From contig JAFGES010000095.1 in NCBI GenBank assembly GCA_016931455.1, positions 12,487 to 76,486 on the forward strand: a stretch of 64,000 nucleotides of DNA. Reading direction: 5' to 3'. Under the pieces are notes generated by a model that was not told the origin of the DNA, did not search any database, and was given only the letters and a program-made list of their open reading frames with translations. The stretch is from Desulfobacterales bacterium. Its GTDB lineage: Bacteria; Desulfobacterota; Desulfobacteria; Desulfobacterales; JAHDSC01. Position 1 is the first letter of the stretch; each line of letters starts with the position of its first letter. Position numbers and translations under genes: made by a program. Below are positions 38,543 to 48,381 of the stretch, piece after piece.

Positions 38543-39118
38543 TCAATTGACTTGGGTGCTGCGCAAAAAGTTTCGCAACAGACGTTTACCTATCGGAGTC
38601 ATAATCGATTCAGGATGAAATTGAATGCCTTCCGTTAGGTATTTTCGGTGCCGAATTCCCATAATTTCCCCATCTTCTGCTTCTGAGCTGATTTCAAGGC
38701 ATTGCGGAAAATTTTCTCTTGAAACAGCCAGTGAATGATAGCGCATCGCCTGAAATGGTTTGCCGATACCCTGATAAAGCGTTTTTCCATCTGCATGTAC
38801 CGCTGAAGTTTTTCCATGCATCAGCTTTTTGGCGGATACCACGAAACCACCGAATGCAACGGCGATGGCTTGATGACCGAGGCAGACCCCCAGAATCGGA
38901 ATTTGTTCGCAAAAGTGTTGGATGATGGAAAGTGATAAACCCGCGGATTCAGGGCGTCCGGGTCCCGGAGATATGACAATCCCGTCAGGCTGTAAACGTT
39001 GCAGCTTGGAAACGGTGATGGCATCATTTCGAAAGACCTTGACCGGAAATCCAAGCTGTTCGATGTATTGTACAAGGTTATACGTAAACGAATCATAATT
39101 GTCTATCATTACGATCAT
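38543..39118 (-). CDS. trpG: Anthranilate synthase component II (glutamine amidotransferase)
   Basis: IDNYDSFTYNLVQY, GVCLGHQ (catalytic Cys), FHPES. Confidence 0.9.
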   Translation of the reverse strand: MIVMIDNYDSFTYNLVQYIEQLGFPVKVFRNDAITVSKLQRLQPDGIVISPGPGRPESAGLSLSIIQHFCEQIPILGVCLGHQAIAVAFGGFVVSAKKLMHGKTSAVHADGKTLYQGIGKPFQAMRYHSLAVSRENFPQCLEISSEAEDGEIMGIRHRKYLTEGIQFHPESIMTPIGKRLLRNFLRSTQVN

Positions 39119-39140
39119 GGTGATTCCTCCTTAATCGAAT

Positions 39141-40613
39141 TTATTGGATAAGTTCGAGTGCTCTTTGGATAGCCATCGCTTTATTGATCGTTTCGATCCG
39201 CTCTTTTTCAGGATCGGAATCAGAGACGATTCCGGCCCCCGCACGAACGGTCATCTGTCCCTTTTCAATGCAAGCGGTCCGGATTGTGATGGCCATATCC
39301 ATATTTCCGTCAAACGAGACATAGCCGACAGCTCCACCATAAGGACCTCGGGGTTGTTTTTCAATTTCAGCGATAATTTCCATGGCTCTTATTTTGGGAG
39401 CTCCTGATAAAGTCCCGGCCGGAAATGTAGCTGCAAGCAAATCCCAAGCATTGTAATCGGATTTTAGATCACAGCTGATATTTGAAACCAGATGCATAAC
39501 ATGCGAGTAACGTTCGACGATCATCAAGTCCGTCACCTGTACCGTGCCGACTGTTGCCACACGTCCCAAGTCGTTGCGTCCTAAATCGACGAGCATGAGA
39601 TGTTCGGCACGTTCTTTCTCATCGCTTAGTAGTTCATCGGCAAGCATCCGGTCTTCCTGTTCGTCTTTTCCTCTGGGACGGGTGCCGGCGATTGGGCGGA
39701 GTGTCGCAATACCGTTTTCCAATCTTACCATTGTTTCCGGAGATGAACCTACAAGCGCAACGTCATCCAGTTGCAGGAAATAAAGATAAGGAGAGGGGTT
39801 AATGTATCGTTGTGCCCGGTAGAGTTGCAATAAATCAGGAGTAGGACTGTATACAAAGGCTTGAGAAATAACGGCTTGGATGATTTCTCCGGCCTGGATA
39901 TATTCTTTTACCTTTTTAACACTGTTTCTAAAACTGTCGGCTGAAACGGTTGTTTGCATTTTAAAATCCGTTTGAGGCTCATAAATTTCAGCTACCGGTC
40001 TGTATTGACTTATTGTTTGAAGTAGAGATTCAATTCGGCTTGTTGCTGAATGGTAAACCCGAGCGGTGTCGTCCTTTCCTTCAGGAAAACTGATGACGAC
40101 GATTTGCAATGTGTGCCGGATATTGTCAAAGATCAGTACTTCATCCGGTATGATAAAATGCGCGAGGGGTTTATCTTTCGGCAACTGATTGGGAATCGAT
40201 TCAAAAAAGGAAACCATTTCATAGGTTAAATAACCGATCATACCTCCGCAAAATCTCGGTAGCCCAGGTATTTGGGCGAGATGATATTGATCCATAAAAG
40301 TCCTCAGGACAGCAAGTGGGTCACTATTATGGGGAATTTGCCTACATCCGCTTTTTTCTTGAAATTCGACGAAATCCGTAAATATGCGAATATGAGAGCG
40401 TGCCGAACTCCCCAGGAAACTGTATCTTCCCCATCTTTCGCCCCCTTCGACGCTTTCGAAGAGAAAGATGGGACCCTGATTTTTGTATAGCTTTTTCAAA
40501 AGTGAAACCGGTGTTTCCATGTCGGCTAAAATTTCGACACCAATAGGGATCACGTTGTGGTCCTGCGCTAATCGGTGAAATTCATCTTTGTCCGGAAATT
40601 GTTTTATATGCAT
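39141..40613 (-). CDS. trpE: Anthranilate synthase component I
   Basis: Chorismate-binding family (LESVEGGE, GSSPE, AGTLSGAPKIRAMEII, GGAVGY). Confidence 0.95.
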   Translation of the reverse strand: MHIKQFPDKDEFHRLAQDHNVIPIGVEILADMETPVSLLKKLYKNQGPIFLFESVEGGERWGRYSFLGSSARSHIRIFTDFVEFQEKSGCRQIPHNSDPLAVLRTFMDQYHLAQIPGLPRFCGGMIGYLTYEMVSFFESIPNQLPKDKPLAHFIIPDEVLIFDNIRHTLQIVVISFPEGKDDTARVYHSATSRIESLLQTISQYRPVAEIYEPQTDFKMQTTVSADSFRNSVKKVKEYIQAGEIIQAVISQAFVYSPTPDLLQLYRAQRYINPSPYLYFLQLDDVALVGSSPETMVRLENGIATLRPIAGTRPRGKDEQEDRMLADELLSDEKERAEHLMLVDLGRNDLGRVATVGTVQVTDLMIVERYSHVMHLVSNISCDLKSDYNAWDLLAATFPAGTLSGAPKIRAMEIIAEIEKQPRGPYGGAVGYVSFDGNMDMAITIRTACIEKGQMTVRAGAGIVSDSDPEKERIETINKAMAIQRALELIQ

Positions 40614-40648
40614 AAATATTCCTTTTTCATGATGGATGATTTTTCATA

Positions 40649-40683
40649 CAAAAAAAGGCCGTGGAAATTTCCACGGCCTTTTT
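40649..40683 (-). terminator. Rho-independent terminator 2 in the trpE leader region
   Basis: On the minus-strand RNA, GGCCGUGG pairs with CCACGGCC (plus coordinates 40657-40664 and 40671-40678). The stem is extended by A/U pairs and followed by U7. Confidence 0.6.
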
Positions 40684-40691
40684 CAATTTCG

Positions 40692-40729
40692 AAATAAAAA
40701 AGACCGCGGGCTTTGGCTTGCCCGCGGTC
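40692..40729 (-). terminator. Rho-independent terminator 1 (trp attenuator)
   Basis: On the minus-strand RNA, GACCGCGGGC pairs with GCCCGCGGUC (plus coordinates 40720-40729 and 40702-40711) across an 8-nt loop. UUUUUUAUUU follows. Lies 27 nt after the leader stop. Confidence 0.65.
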
Positions 40730-40756
40730 TTTAGATTATCGTTTTTAAGTTATATT

Positions 40757-40858
40757 TCAGAATACTGCGATCGCGTCGGCAAACCTTTGGCTATAGGCCT
40801 GCCACCACCACTTATTACGGTCACATGTTTTTAAAATTGTTTGCTTTGTTTTTTTCAT
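40757..40858 (-). CDS. trp operon leader peptide (33 aa) with three consecutive Trp codons
   Basis: MKKTKQTILKTCDRNKWWWQAYSQRFADAIAVF. TGG TGG TGG sits at 40802-40810. Located between ydbL and trpE and followed by two terminators. No clear SD. Confidence 0.7.
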   Translation of the reverse strand: MKKTKQTILKTCDRNKWWWQAYSQRFADAIAVF

Positions 40859-40888
40859 ATGGATTTTATAAAAATAAATTTTTAATTG

Positions 40889-40917
40889 ATTATAAATTAC
40901 ATGGTTTTCATTGTACT
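40889..40917 (-). promoter_or_regulatory. Candidate promoter for the trp leader
   Basis: Perfect TATAAT on the minus strand (40889-40894), 30 nt upstream of the leader ATG. The -35 is weak (AGTACA, 17-nt spacing). Confidence 0.3.
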
Positions 40918-40919
40918 TG

Positions 40920-41297
40920 TCAATATTTTTTTTGGTACCATTTTCCATTTGCATCCTGAAGCCATTCACCGGATTCGGCCTTTTCTTCAATTTGTGCCGC
41001 GCGATGAATCTCGACAACCTCAATTTTTGTTCCTTGCTGCTGTGCAATCGCCGAATAAATGGTTCTACGATCCTGGTTTTCAGCTTTCACCACATCTTCT
41101 TTGTCTTTATCGGCAATAAATTCTAAATATCCTTTATTATTTTCTCCAATAATGCCATTTTTTTTAAGAGCTTTAATAATCGGTAGGCGAGCCTTCATGC
41201 GAGATTTTATACTTGTCGTATCCGCGGCAACAGGCATTGAAAATATTACTGAAAGAAAAATCGAAATGCATAGCATGAAGCGTTTATTTTTCATCAT
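40920..41297 (-). CDS. YdbL-like periplasmic protein (DUF1318 family)
   Basis: Signal peptide. Resembles E. coli YdbL (GIIGENNKGYLE..., ENQDRRTIYSAIAQQQG, GEWLQDANGKWYQK). Confidence 0.6.
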   Translation of the reverse strand: MMKNKRFMLCISIFLSVIFSMPVAADTTSIKSRMKARLPIIKALKKNGIIGENNKGYLEFIADKDKEDVVKAENQDRRTIYSAIAQQQGTKIEVVEIHRAAQIEEKAESGEWLQDANGKWYQKKY

Positions 41298-41338
41298 TTA
41301 ATTTCCTTATTCTTAGGGGATTTTTAATTTCCAAAACG

Positions 41339-41548
41339 TTAAGGCTTTGTTTGAATATTTTCTTCTTCCTCATCAATATCACTAAAAAAATCGTCCAACG
41401 CTTTTTCCACGCGAACGTTTACATCAATGGTGATATGAATCGGTTTTATCTCCACCGGCGCAACTTCCACCGCATGGTGGGTATTGCAGGACGGGGTCAG
41501 CAAACAAAATAAAACTACCCAGAAAAGTATTATATTTTTAAATATCAT
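41339..41548 (-). CDS. YnbE-like small lipoprotein
   Basis: Lipobox LLTPSC. VEVAPVEIKPIHITIDVNVRVE resembles the E. coli YnbE core. Confidence 0.6.
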   Translation of the reverse strand: MIFKNIILFWVVLFCLLTPSCNTHHAVEVAPVEIKPIHITIDVNVRVEKALDDFFSDIDEEEENIQTKP

Positions 41549-41560
41549 TTTACCCCTTTT

Positions 41561-43987
41561 TTATTGAATCTTTTGATAAATTTCTTTATACTGTAAAATT
41601 TCGTTGAGCGGAAGCTTGAAATTTACATCCAGACTGATTCCCTGGAAAGTTGAGCCCTTGGCACCGCTTTCCACTCTAACAAATCCACCAACCTCTTTTT
41701 TATAGATAAACGGTAATGGCTTTGAGGGCTTGCCGTCAAGTTGCAGTCGTAAAATTAAATCTTTATCTTTCGTCAATACTCTAACTTTTGCCCAGTTATA
41801 ATGAAAATCCTTTAATGCCTCACGAGCTAAATCAATTTGCATATATTGAGGTGTTTGTTTAGCGATCCCGGCGTTTGGCATCTGCGTGCCGGGTAGATGA
41901 ATAGTTCCGCCGCTGCCGGGTGTGGAAAACAAAAAACCGTCTTCAAAGATTAATTTATTATTTTTTAATCTCAGCGGTATCCTGCCGTTAACCGTACCTT
42001 CACCTTCCGCCTCTGCGATACCGAATTGTTGCAGGACACTAGCAAGGTTTAGCCGATCGCAATAGAGAACTACATGGTAATCTTCAACTGCCGGTGAAAT
42101 TCGTAGTGCCTGGCCAAACACTTTGCCGCCGCACCAGTCAAAGCTGCTTTTTTCTATAAATAAGCTTCGGTCCGGCTCTACCTGAAATTCAATCCGGCCG
42201 CCATCGGAATTCAGCTTGCTAAATGAAGCTGTTTTAAAACTGAATTGCTGCACGGGTGCACGACATATTTGAAATAGATCAGGAATTAAAATAGAAAGAT
42301 TTATTCCTTCAACTGAGATTTCTTTTTTTTTATTCCATATGCTTACATCTTTAAGCTCGGAATTTAGATAAAATTTTATACCTTCTTTACGGTCGATAGT
42401 CAAACTTGCGTCTGTTTTAAATCCGCCGGCAAATTTAAAACCCATTGCTATTGGTAAAAATTTTCCCAAATCAATAATCGTATCTGTAGGATTATATAAA
42501 AGTTCAAACCGGATATCGGTTTGCGGGTTATGGAATGACGATATGTCGAATTTTCCCTGAAGATTCGGTATAAGCTCCGAAATAAGTTTGTTTTTAAGAT
42601 CGGCTTTAAAAATAAAACCTGATCCTTTTTGTTGAACGAACCCTTGGAGAGATCCTATATCCATATTCTGCCATTTGATCTCCTTAACAGCGATCTTGCC
42701 TTCGCGGCCTAAATCCTGAGAAGGCCATGTTAATGGAATATTTAGACTGATGCCGGTTAAAGTCGTTTTTGATTCCGAATCTGTAATCGTAGCGTCTTCT
42801 AAATTTGAGACTCCGGTCAAGCGAAAGATACCGCTTTTATTGTTTTCTGATTTTACATTATTCATTTTTTCCGGCTCATCGAATTCAACCTTGCCTTTAA
42901 AGGATATAAATGGTGAATATATCACTGCAGATTGTATCTTCATTTTTAAAGCTGGAATAATAAGGTCATATTCAACGTTTCCCTTTGACCCCCTCCCATT
43001 TCCGGAAATATGAATTCGTGGTGTCTTTGACGCAATATCTAAATCACGAATTTTAAATTTTAAATTTTTCGCCATAGACCCGAAACGGTTATCATTCGTG
43101 TGGGTAAGCTTGAATTCCCATTTGCCTTCTTTCGATAATTTCGATGTGAAAATTGCATGTATAGGGATAGACTCTATTATTTCCAAAGGATTTGAGGGGT
43201 TGTTATTTGATTTTTTTAAATCAATAATAAAATTTAAGGCACTTTCGATGGTGTTCTGTGAAATTTTAAAAGAAGATTTTATTTGAGAAAACTTTATAGA
43301 TATAGGGGAATCAATGGTTATCGGCTCTAAGGCCAAGGAAACAGTATGTTTAGTTAAATCAATTTCGGCGGTGCAAAGAATTTTCCGGCCTCGTAAATAT
43401 AAATGCAAGGCGCAGTGTAATAGATCCCCTTTAGTATTTTTAGTATTGATTTTAAACTCAAAGGGAAACAGGAAGTAATTGCCTTCCCAGTTCAAAGCCA
43501 GAAGGGCATTGAGGATTTGTAAATTTCCAATCGGAATTTTTGGGGAAAGATTTGCTGACGAAAATGGTTTTTGAGAATCAGATTGAAAATGCTTTAAAAA
43601 TCGGTTCAACTCAAGCCCGTGAATTAACAATTTCCCATTGATAATTTCAATGAAAATTTCGATGGCGTTTAATTCTATTCTTTTTATATACCTTTCAAAA
43701 AAAAGAGCTTTGGGTGAATAGTCAATCGCTAAAGATCCGATTGTTAATGCTTTTTGCTTACTATCACCGATAGCTATCGAACCAAAATCCGCACCGGTTA
43801 GCCCGATGCGACGAACATCGCATTTGAAATTCTCAAATCCAAATTTTTCAGTAATTTTAGGCAGAAACCGAGATTCTATATAATTTGGAAGGTAAAAAAT
43901 AAAACCGACCACAACACAAAAGAGAATAATAATGAGAAGTATAAATGTTAGAAGAAGAGCAAAATTGAATTTACGTTTTAGCGGCAT
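41561..43987 (-). CDS. YdbH-like AsmA-family intermembrane transport protein
   Basis: 808 aa with one N-terminal transmembrane anchor and a long beta-rich body. Operon context with ynbE-like and ydbL-like genes mirrors E. coli ydbH-ynbE-ydbL. Confidence 0.55.
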   Translation of the reverse strand: MPLKRKFNFALLLTFILLIIILFCVVVGFIFYLPNYIESRFLPKITEKFGFENFKCDVRRIGLTGADFGSIAIGDSKQKALTIGSLAIDYSPKALFFERYIKRIELNAIEIFIEIINGKLLIHGLELNRFLKHFQSDSQKPFSSANLSPKIPIGNLQILNALLALNWEGNYFLFPFEFKINTKNTKGDLLHCALHLYLRGRKILCTAEIDLTKHTVSLALEPITIDSPISIKFSQIKSSFKISQNTIESALNFIIDLKKSNNNPSNPLEIIESIPIHAIFTSKLSKEGKWEFKLTHTNDNRFGSMAKNLKFKIRDLDIASKTPRIHISGNGRGSKGNVEYDLIIPALKMKIQSAVIYSPFISFKGKVEFDEPEKMNNVKSENNKSGIFRLTGVSNLEDATITDSESKTTLTGISLNIPLTWPSQDLGREGKIAVKEIKWQNMDIGSLQGFVQQKGSGFIFKADLKNKLISELIPNLQGKFDISSFHNPQTDIRFELLYNPTDTIIDLGKFLPIAMGFKFAGGFKTDASLTIDRKEGIKFYLNSELKDVSIWNKKKEISVEGINLSILIPDLFQICRAPVQQFSFKTASFSKLNSDGGRIEFQVEPDRSLFIEKSSFDWCGGKVFGQALRISPAVEDYHVVLYCDRLNLASVLQQFGIAEAEGEGTVNGRIPLRLKNNKLIFEDGFLFSTPGSGGTIHLPGTQMPNAGIAKQTPQYMQIDLAREALKDFHYNWAKVRVLTKDKDLILRLQLDGKPSKPLPFIYKKEVGGFVRVESGAKGSTFQGISLDVNFKLPLNEILQYKEIYQKIQ

Positions 43988-44049
43988 GCCGACACAGTTT
44001 TAAAATTGATAAAAAAAGTGTGGAAAAACGTAGGGCGTATGACCGGAAA

Positions 44050-44838
44050 CTAACCCCAAAACCGAAAATACCAAAAAATAAGATCGGAACCAAAGAAGAT
44101 ATAAACAATGGCTCCCAGGGATAAAAAGGGGCCGAACGGGACGGCCAACTTTAAATTTTTGCCGCTTCCCAGCATGATAATGATTCCAATGAGGGCGCCG
44201 ACGGCAGATGAGACAAAAAGTGTAAAGAGCACGCTTTTCCATCCCAAAAAGGCCCCGATCATTGCGAGTAGTTTAATATCGCCGCCTCCCATGCCGTCTT
44301 TTTTAGTTAATAGGTAATAGATCGAGGCCACAACAAAAAGACTTCCTCCGCCTGCCAACAAGCCTAAGATAGAATCTTTGTAAGTTATTGTCGGGATAAT
44401 GAACGAAACTAAAAAACCAATGACGATGCCCGGAAGCGTGATAACATCCGGAATGATTCTATGATCCATATCAATGAAGGTAATCACGATCAGTGATGTA
44501 ATAAAGGTAAAATAAATTAGGGCTTCAAATGTCAGTCCGAACTTGATCCAAACGCTGAGTGCAAAAAAGCCGCCTATTATTTCAACCAGCAGATAACGAA
44601 TGGGGATCGGCATCTTACAGTGACGGCATTTTGCTCGGAGCCACAGATAACTTAAAATAGGGATATTGTCATAAAATGCGATTGAAGTATTGCAATTCGG
44701 GCACGTTGATCCCGGATAAACGATTGATTGTGATGCCGGCAGCCTATATATACAGACATTTAGAAAGCTGCCGATACACATGCCGAATATAAAAGAAAGC
44801 ACTCCTATTAGATAATTCACCATTTGTCTCACTAACAC
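44050..44838 (-). CDS. pilD: Prepilin peptidase (A24 family)
   Basis: GSFLNVCIYRLP, CPNC...CRHC, polytopic membrane protein with GGGDIKL. Confidence 0.85.
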   Translation of the reverse strand: MLVRQMVNYLIGVLSFIFGMCIGSFLNVCIYRLPASQSIVYPGSTCPNCNTSIAFYDNIPILSYLWLRAKCRHCKMPIPIRYLLVEIIGGFFALSVWIKFGLTFEALIYFTFITSLIVITFIDMDHRIIPDVITLPGIVIGFLVSFIIPTITYKDSILGLLAGGGSLFVVASIYYLLTKKDGMGGGDIKLLAMIGAFLGWKSVLFTLFVSSAVGALIGIIIMLGSGKNLKLAVPFGPFLSLGAIVYIFFGSDLIFWYFRFWG

Positions 44839-45149
44839 AGTTTTTAAGCGTTTGCATGCAATTCCATTGAATAATTAGGGAATGGTCATCTGATTGATGT
44901 TAGAACTAATTTCCAATAATTAAGATATCGTCATTTTAGAAAATATAATAAAATAAAGATTTTCACTTTACTCTAACTTAGAGATGTTGCATAAAAAAAT
45001 CAAGGTTGATATTGTCAAAATAAGATTCTGTCTTATATTACTGAATTTGAAACTAATCTTTTCTTGCCTGTGAATGATGCGGATAAGAGTCTGAATCTTG
45101 ATCAATGCGCTTGCAGGAAGAGTTACAATAATTAAAACCAGGAGAAACA

Positions 45150-47546
45150 ATGGCCGAAACCGATAAAGACGATCTGATAAGCATTATTGAAGAAGATGAA
45201 AAGGATATCGATATACCTAAAATTCTCCCTTTAATGCCGCTGCGTGATGTAGTGATTTTTACCGACATGCTCCTGCCCCTTTTTGTTGGACGTGAAAAGT
45301 CGGTCCGTGCAGTGGAAGAGGCTGTGACAAAAGACCGATTTTTGTTTGTCGTTACACAAAAGGATCCGGGTATCGAGAATCCCATTCCTGAAGAAATTTA
45401 CAATGTCGGCACCGTAAGTCGTATATTACGTATGCTCAAATTGCCCGATGGTCGCGTTAAAGCGCTGGTTCAAGGTATTGTTAAGGCGAAGATTGTCGAA
45501 TATGTCAGGAAGAGATCTTTATATCGGGTAAAAATTGAAACAATACTTGAAGAACCTGTTAAGGAAATCAGCATCGAGATAGAAGCCCTGATGCGTAATG
45601 TCCGTGAACATTCCGAGAAAATTATGGCGCTTCGCGGGGAATGGACCAATGATGTCAGTGCCATTTTGGATAGTATCGAAGATCCCGGCAAACTTGCCGA
45701 TCTTGTAGCTTCCAATTTGAAATTAAAAATTGAGGAGTCTCAGGCTCTGATGGAACTCTTTGATCCTATAGATCGTCTGCGAAAAGTCAACGATTTGCTT
45801 TCCCGCGAAGTTGAACTTTCATCCATGCAGGCTAAGATACAGTCTAACGTCAAAGATGAAATTTCAAAGAGCCAGCGGGATTATTTCTTGAGAGAACAAA
45901 TGCGGGCGATCCATAAGGAGCTGGGTGAACTCGATGAAAAAGCTCAAGAGATTAGTGATTACAAGAAAAAGATAAAACGTGCCAGAATGACTAAAGAAGC
46001 CGATAAGGAAGCTCAAAAACAGTTGAAGCGTTTAGAGCAGATGCATCCTGATTCGGCAGAGTCTTCCGTTGTTCGAATATATCTGGACTGGCTGGTTGAA
46101 TTGCCCTGGAGTAAGCCTACCAAAGATATAATAGATATTAAAAAAGCAAAAAAAATCCTGGATGCGGATCATTACGCACTCGATAAAGTCAAAGATCGTG
46201 TATTGGAATACTTGAGTATCCGTAAACTTAACGCAAAGATGAAGGGGCCGATTCTCTGTTTTGTCGGTCCGCCCGGGGTGGGAAAAACTTCTTTAGGCAA
46301 GTCGATTGCCCGTGCAATGAATCGAAAATTTGTTCGTATTTCTTTGGGAGGCATCCATGATGAAGCTGAAATCAGGGGACATCGCCGCACTTACATTGGA
46401 GCCATGCCGGGTCGTATATTACAGGGATTGAAACAGTGCGGCAGCAACAATCCTGTTTTTATGATGGACGAAATTGATAAATTAGGGGCTGATTTTCGCG
46501 GGGATCCTTCATCTGCTTTATTAGAAGCTCTTGATCCGGAACAGAATTCAGCTTTTAGTGATCATTACCTAAACTTGCCATTCGATCTTTCCAAGGTGAT
46601 GTTTATTCTTACCGCCAATCTGACGGATACGATACCATCGGCCTTGCTTGATCGGATGGAAGTCATTACACTTTCAGGATATACGGAGGAAGAAAAACAA
46701 ATTATTGCCGAAACCTATCTTCTCCCTCGTCAGATCAAGGAAAACGGATTAAAACCCAAATCGGTATCGATTAGTGCGAAGGCAATGCGTCAAATAATTA
46801 CTGAATATACTTCTGAAGCCGGGTTAAGGAATCTAGAACGTGAAATCGGGACGGTTTGCCGCAAACTCGCGCGTAAAGTTGCTGAGACTGGAAGTGGGCC
46901 TTTTCAGATTACAAGAAATAATCTGCAAAATTATCTGGGTATTCCTAAGTATTATCCTGAAATGGACCAAGAAGAAAGCCAAGTCGGTCTGGCAACCGGT
47001 CTTGCTTGGACTCAAGTGGGCGGTGAAGTACTGTATGTTGAGGCCTCTTTGATCGGAGGTAAGGGAGAATTGATTATTACCGGGCAGCTTGGGGATGTAA
47101 TGCAGGAATCTGCACGTGCCGCGGTCAGTTATGCTCGCGCCAATTTAAAATCTTTTGGAGTTGATGAAAATTTTTTTGAAAATATAGATGTACATATTCA
47201 TGTCCCTGCCGGGGCTATACCCAAAGATGGCCCTTCCGCGGGCATTGTTATGGCTACTGCTCTTATTTCAGTTTTAACCGATAAGCCGGTCAACAAGGAT
47301 ATCGCAATGACCGGTGAAATCACATTAAGGGGCAGGGTTCTACCCATCGGAGGCCTTAAAGAAAAAGCATTGGGAGCTTTAAGAGCCGGTATTCACACCA
47401 TAATAATTCCTGATAAGAACAAGAGGGACTTGACGGAAATTCCGAAAAATTTAAAACGCAAAATTAAATTCATCCCAGTTAAACATATGGATGAAGTTTT
47501 GTCGATTGCAATCGGAAACGGACTGTTTAAAGATGAGAATCCATGA
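45150..47546 (+). CDS. lon: ATP-dependent Lon protease
   Basis: LON N-terminal domain, Walker A (GPPGVGKTS), and protease domain with catalytic Ser (PKDGPSAGI). Confidence 0.95.
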   Translation: MAETDKDDLISIIEEDEKDIDIPKILPLMPLRDVVIFTDMLLPLFVGREKSVRAVEEAVTKDRFLFVVTQKDPGIENPIPEEIYNVGTVSRILRMLKLPDGRVKALVQGIVKAKIVEYVRKRSLYRVKIETILEEPVKEISIEIEALMRNVREHSEKIMALRGEWTNDVSAILDSIEDPGKLADLVASNLKLKIEESQALMELFDPIDRLRKVNDLLSREVELSSMQAKIQSNVKDEISKSQRDYFLREQMRAIHKELGELDEKAQEISDYKKKIKRARMTKEADKEAQKQLKRLEQMHPDSAESSVVRIYLDWLVELPWSKPTKDIIDIKKAKKILDADHYALDKVKDRVLEYLSIRKLNAKMKGPILCFVGPPGVGKTSLGKSIARAMNRKFVRISLGGIHDEAEIRGHRRTYIGAMPGRILQGLKQCGSNNPVFMMDEIDKLGADFRGDPSSALLEALDPEQNSAFSDHYLNLPFDLSKVMFILTANLTDTIPSALLDRMEVITLSGYTEEEKQIIAETYLLPRQIKENGLKPKSVSISAKAMRQIITEYTSEAGLRNLEREIGTVCRKLARKVAETGSGPFQITRNNLQNYLGIPKYYPEMDQEESQVGLATGLAWTQVGGEVLYVEASLIGGKGELIITGQLGDVMQESARAAVSYARANLKSFGVDENFFENIDVHIHVPAGAIPKDGPSAGIVMATALISVLTDKPVNKDIAMTGEITLRGRVLPIGGLKEKALGALRAGIHTIIIPDKNKRDLTEIPKNLKRKIKFIPVKHMDEVLSIAIGNGLFKDENP

Positions 47547-47585
47547 TACGGAATTTATGTTGTTTAACAATCATAAGAGCAGCTT

Positions 47586-48275
47586 ATGAAGATTCTTGCC
47601 GTTGACACCGCCACGGAAAGCTGTAGTGTTGCAATTGTTAATGATGGATTTCCGGTAGCGGAACTAACCATTGTAAGCAGTCGGATGCAATCAAAACATT
47701 TGATGGAAATGATCCGGACGGTAGTAAATATGTCTGCGTTGAGCGTTTCTGATTTAGACGGATTTGCCGTAACCCAGGGACCCGGTAGCTTTACCGGCCT
47801 TCGCATCGGTATTAGTACGATTAAAGGGTTGGCTGCAGCATCCGGTAAGCCCTTGGTGGGTATCTCAAGCCTTGAGGCCCTTGCCGCGCAGGTGAGCAAA
47901 TGCTCAAACCATCTGATTTGCCCCTTTCTGGATGCACGCAAGAAAGAGGTCTATTTTTCCCTTTACAGATTTGAAAGCGGGGTTTTGAAAAGACAGATAG
48001 CTGAGCAAGTTTTGCCGCCCAATAGGGCATTTGATGCCATCGCAGAACCATGCCTGTTTATAGGCAACGGCGTTAGGCTTTATCAAAAAATGATTTCCGA
48101 TAAATTGGGGAAGGCGGCATACTTTGCCTCACCTCACCAAAATACGATTCGAGCAGCTACAATTGCGTACCTCAGTATGGAAAAATTTAAAAAAAATGAT
48201 ACGGATGATATCAGTCGCTTTATTCCACATTATATTCGTAAATCTGATGCAGAATTAACCAAAGAAGTAATTTAG
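47586..48275 (+). CDS. tsaB: tRNA t6A37 biosynthesis protein TsaB
   Basis: MKILAVDTATESCSVAI and GPGSFTGLRIG, as in YeaZ/TsaB. Confidence 0.85.
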   Translation: MKILAVDTATESCSVAIVNDGFPVAELTIVSSRMQSKHLMEMIRTVVNMSALSVSDLDGFAVTQGPGSFTGLRIGISTIKGLAAASGKPLVGISSLEALAAQVSKCSNHLICPFLDARKKEVYFSLYRFESGVLKRQIAEQVLPPNRAFDAIAEPCLFIGNGVRLYQKMISDKLGKAAYFASPHQNTIRAATIAYLSMEKFKKNDTDDISRFIPHYIRKSDAELTKEVI

Positions 48276-48381
48276 CACCAACGTTGGGGTTAAATTAAAT
48301 AAAAGTTAAAATTTTCGGAATATTGAGGGCTGCAATGAGTTGAATGATACTATTAATTGCATTCTGAGCTTGCGGTTGACA

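Noticed and set aside
40622-40648. Mini-ORF AUG AAA AAU CAU CCA UCA UGA between terminator 2 and trpE.
   Set aside because: It has six codons and no Trp codons. It lies downstream of both terminators, so it cannot serve as the regulatory leader.
40757-41047. 96-aa minus-strand ORF from the ORF track.
   Set aside because: Its 5' two-thirds overlaps the well-supported ydbL-like gene in another frame. Only the last 33 codons, from the ATG at 40858, make sense, as the trp leader peptide.
44839-45149. Heat-shock (sigma32 or CIRCE) elements upstream of lon, plus the small ORFs 44968-45150 and 45053-45385.
   Set aside because: I found no CTTGAAA...CCCCAT-like or CIRCE inverted repeat. The ORFs are AT-rich intergenic or antisense artefacts overlapping the lon start.
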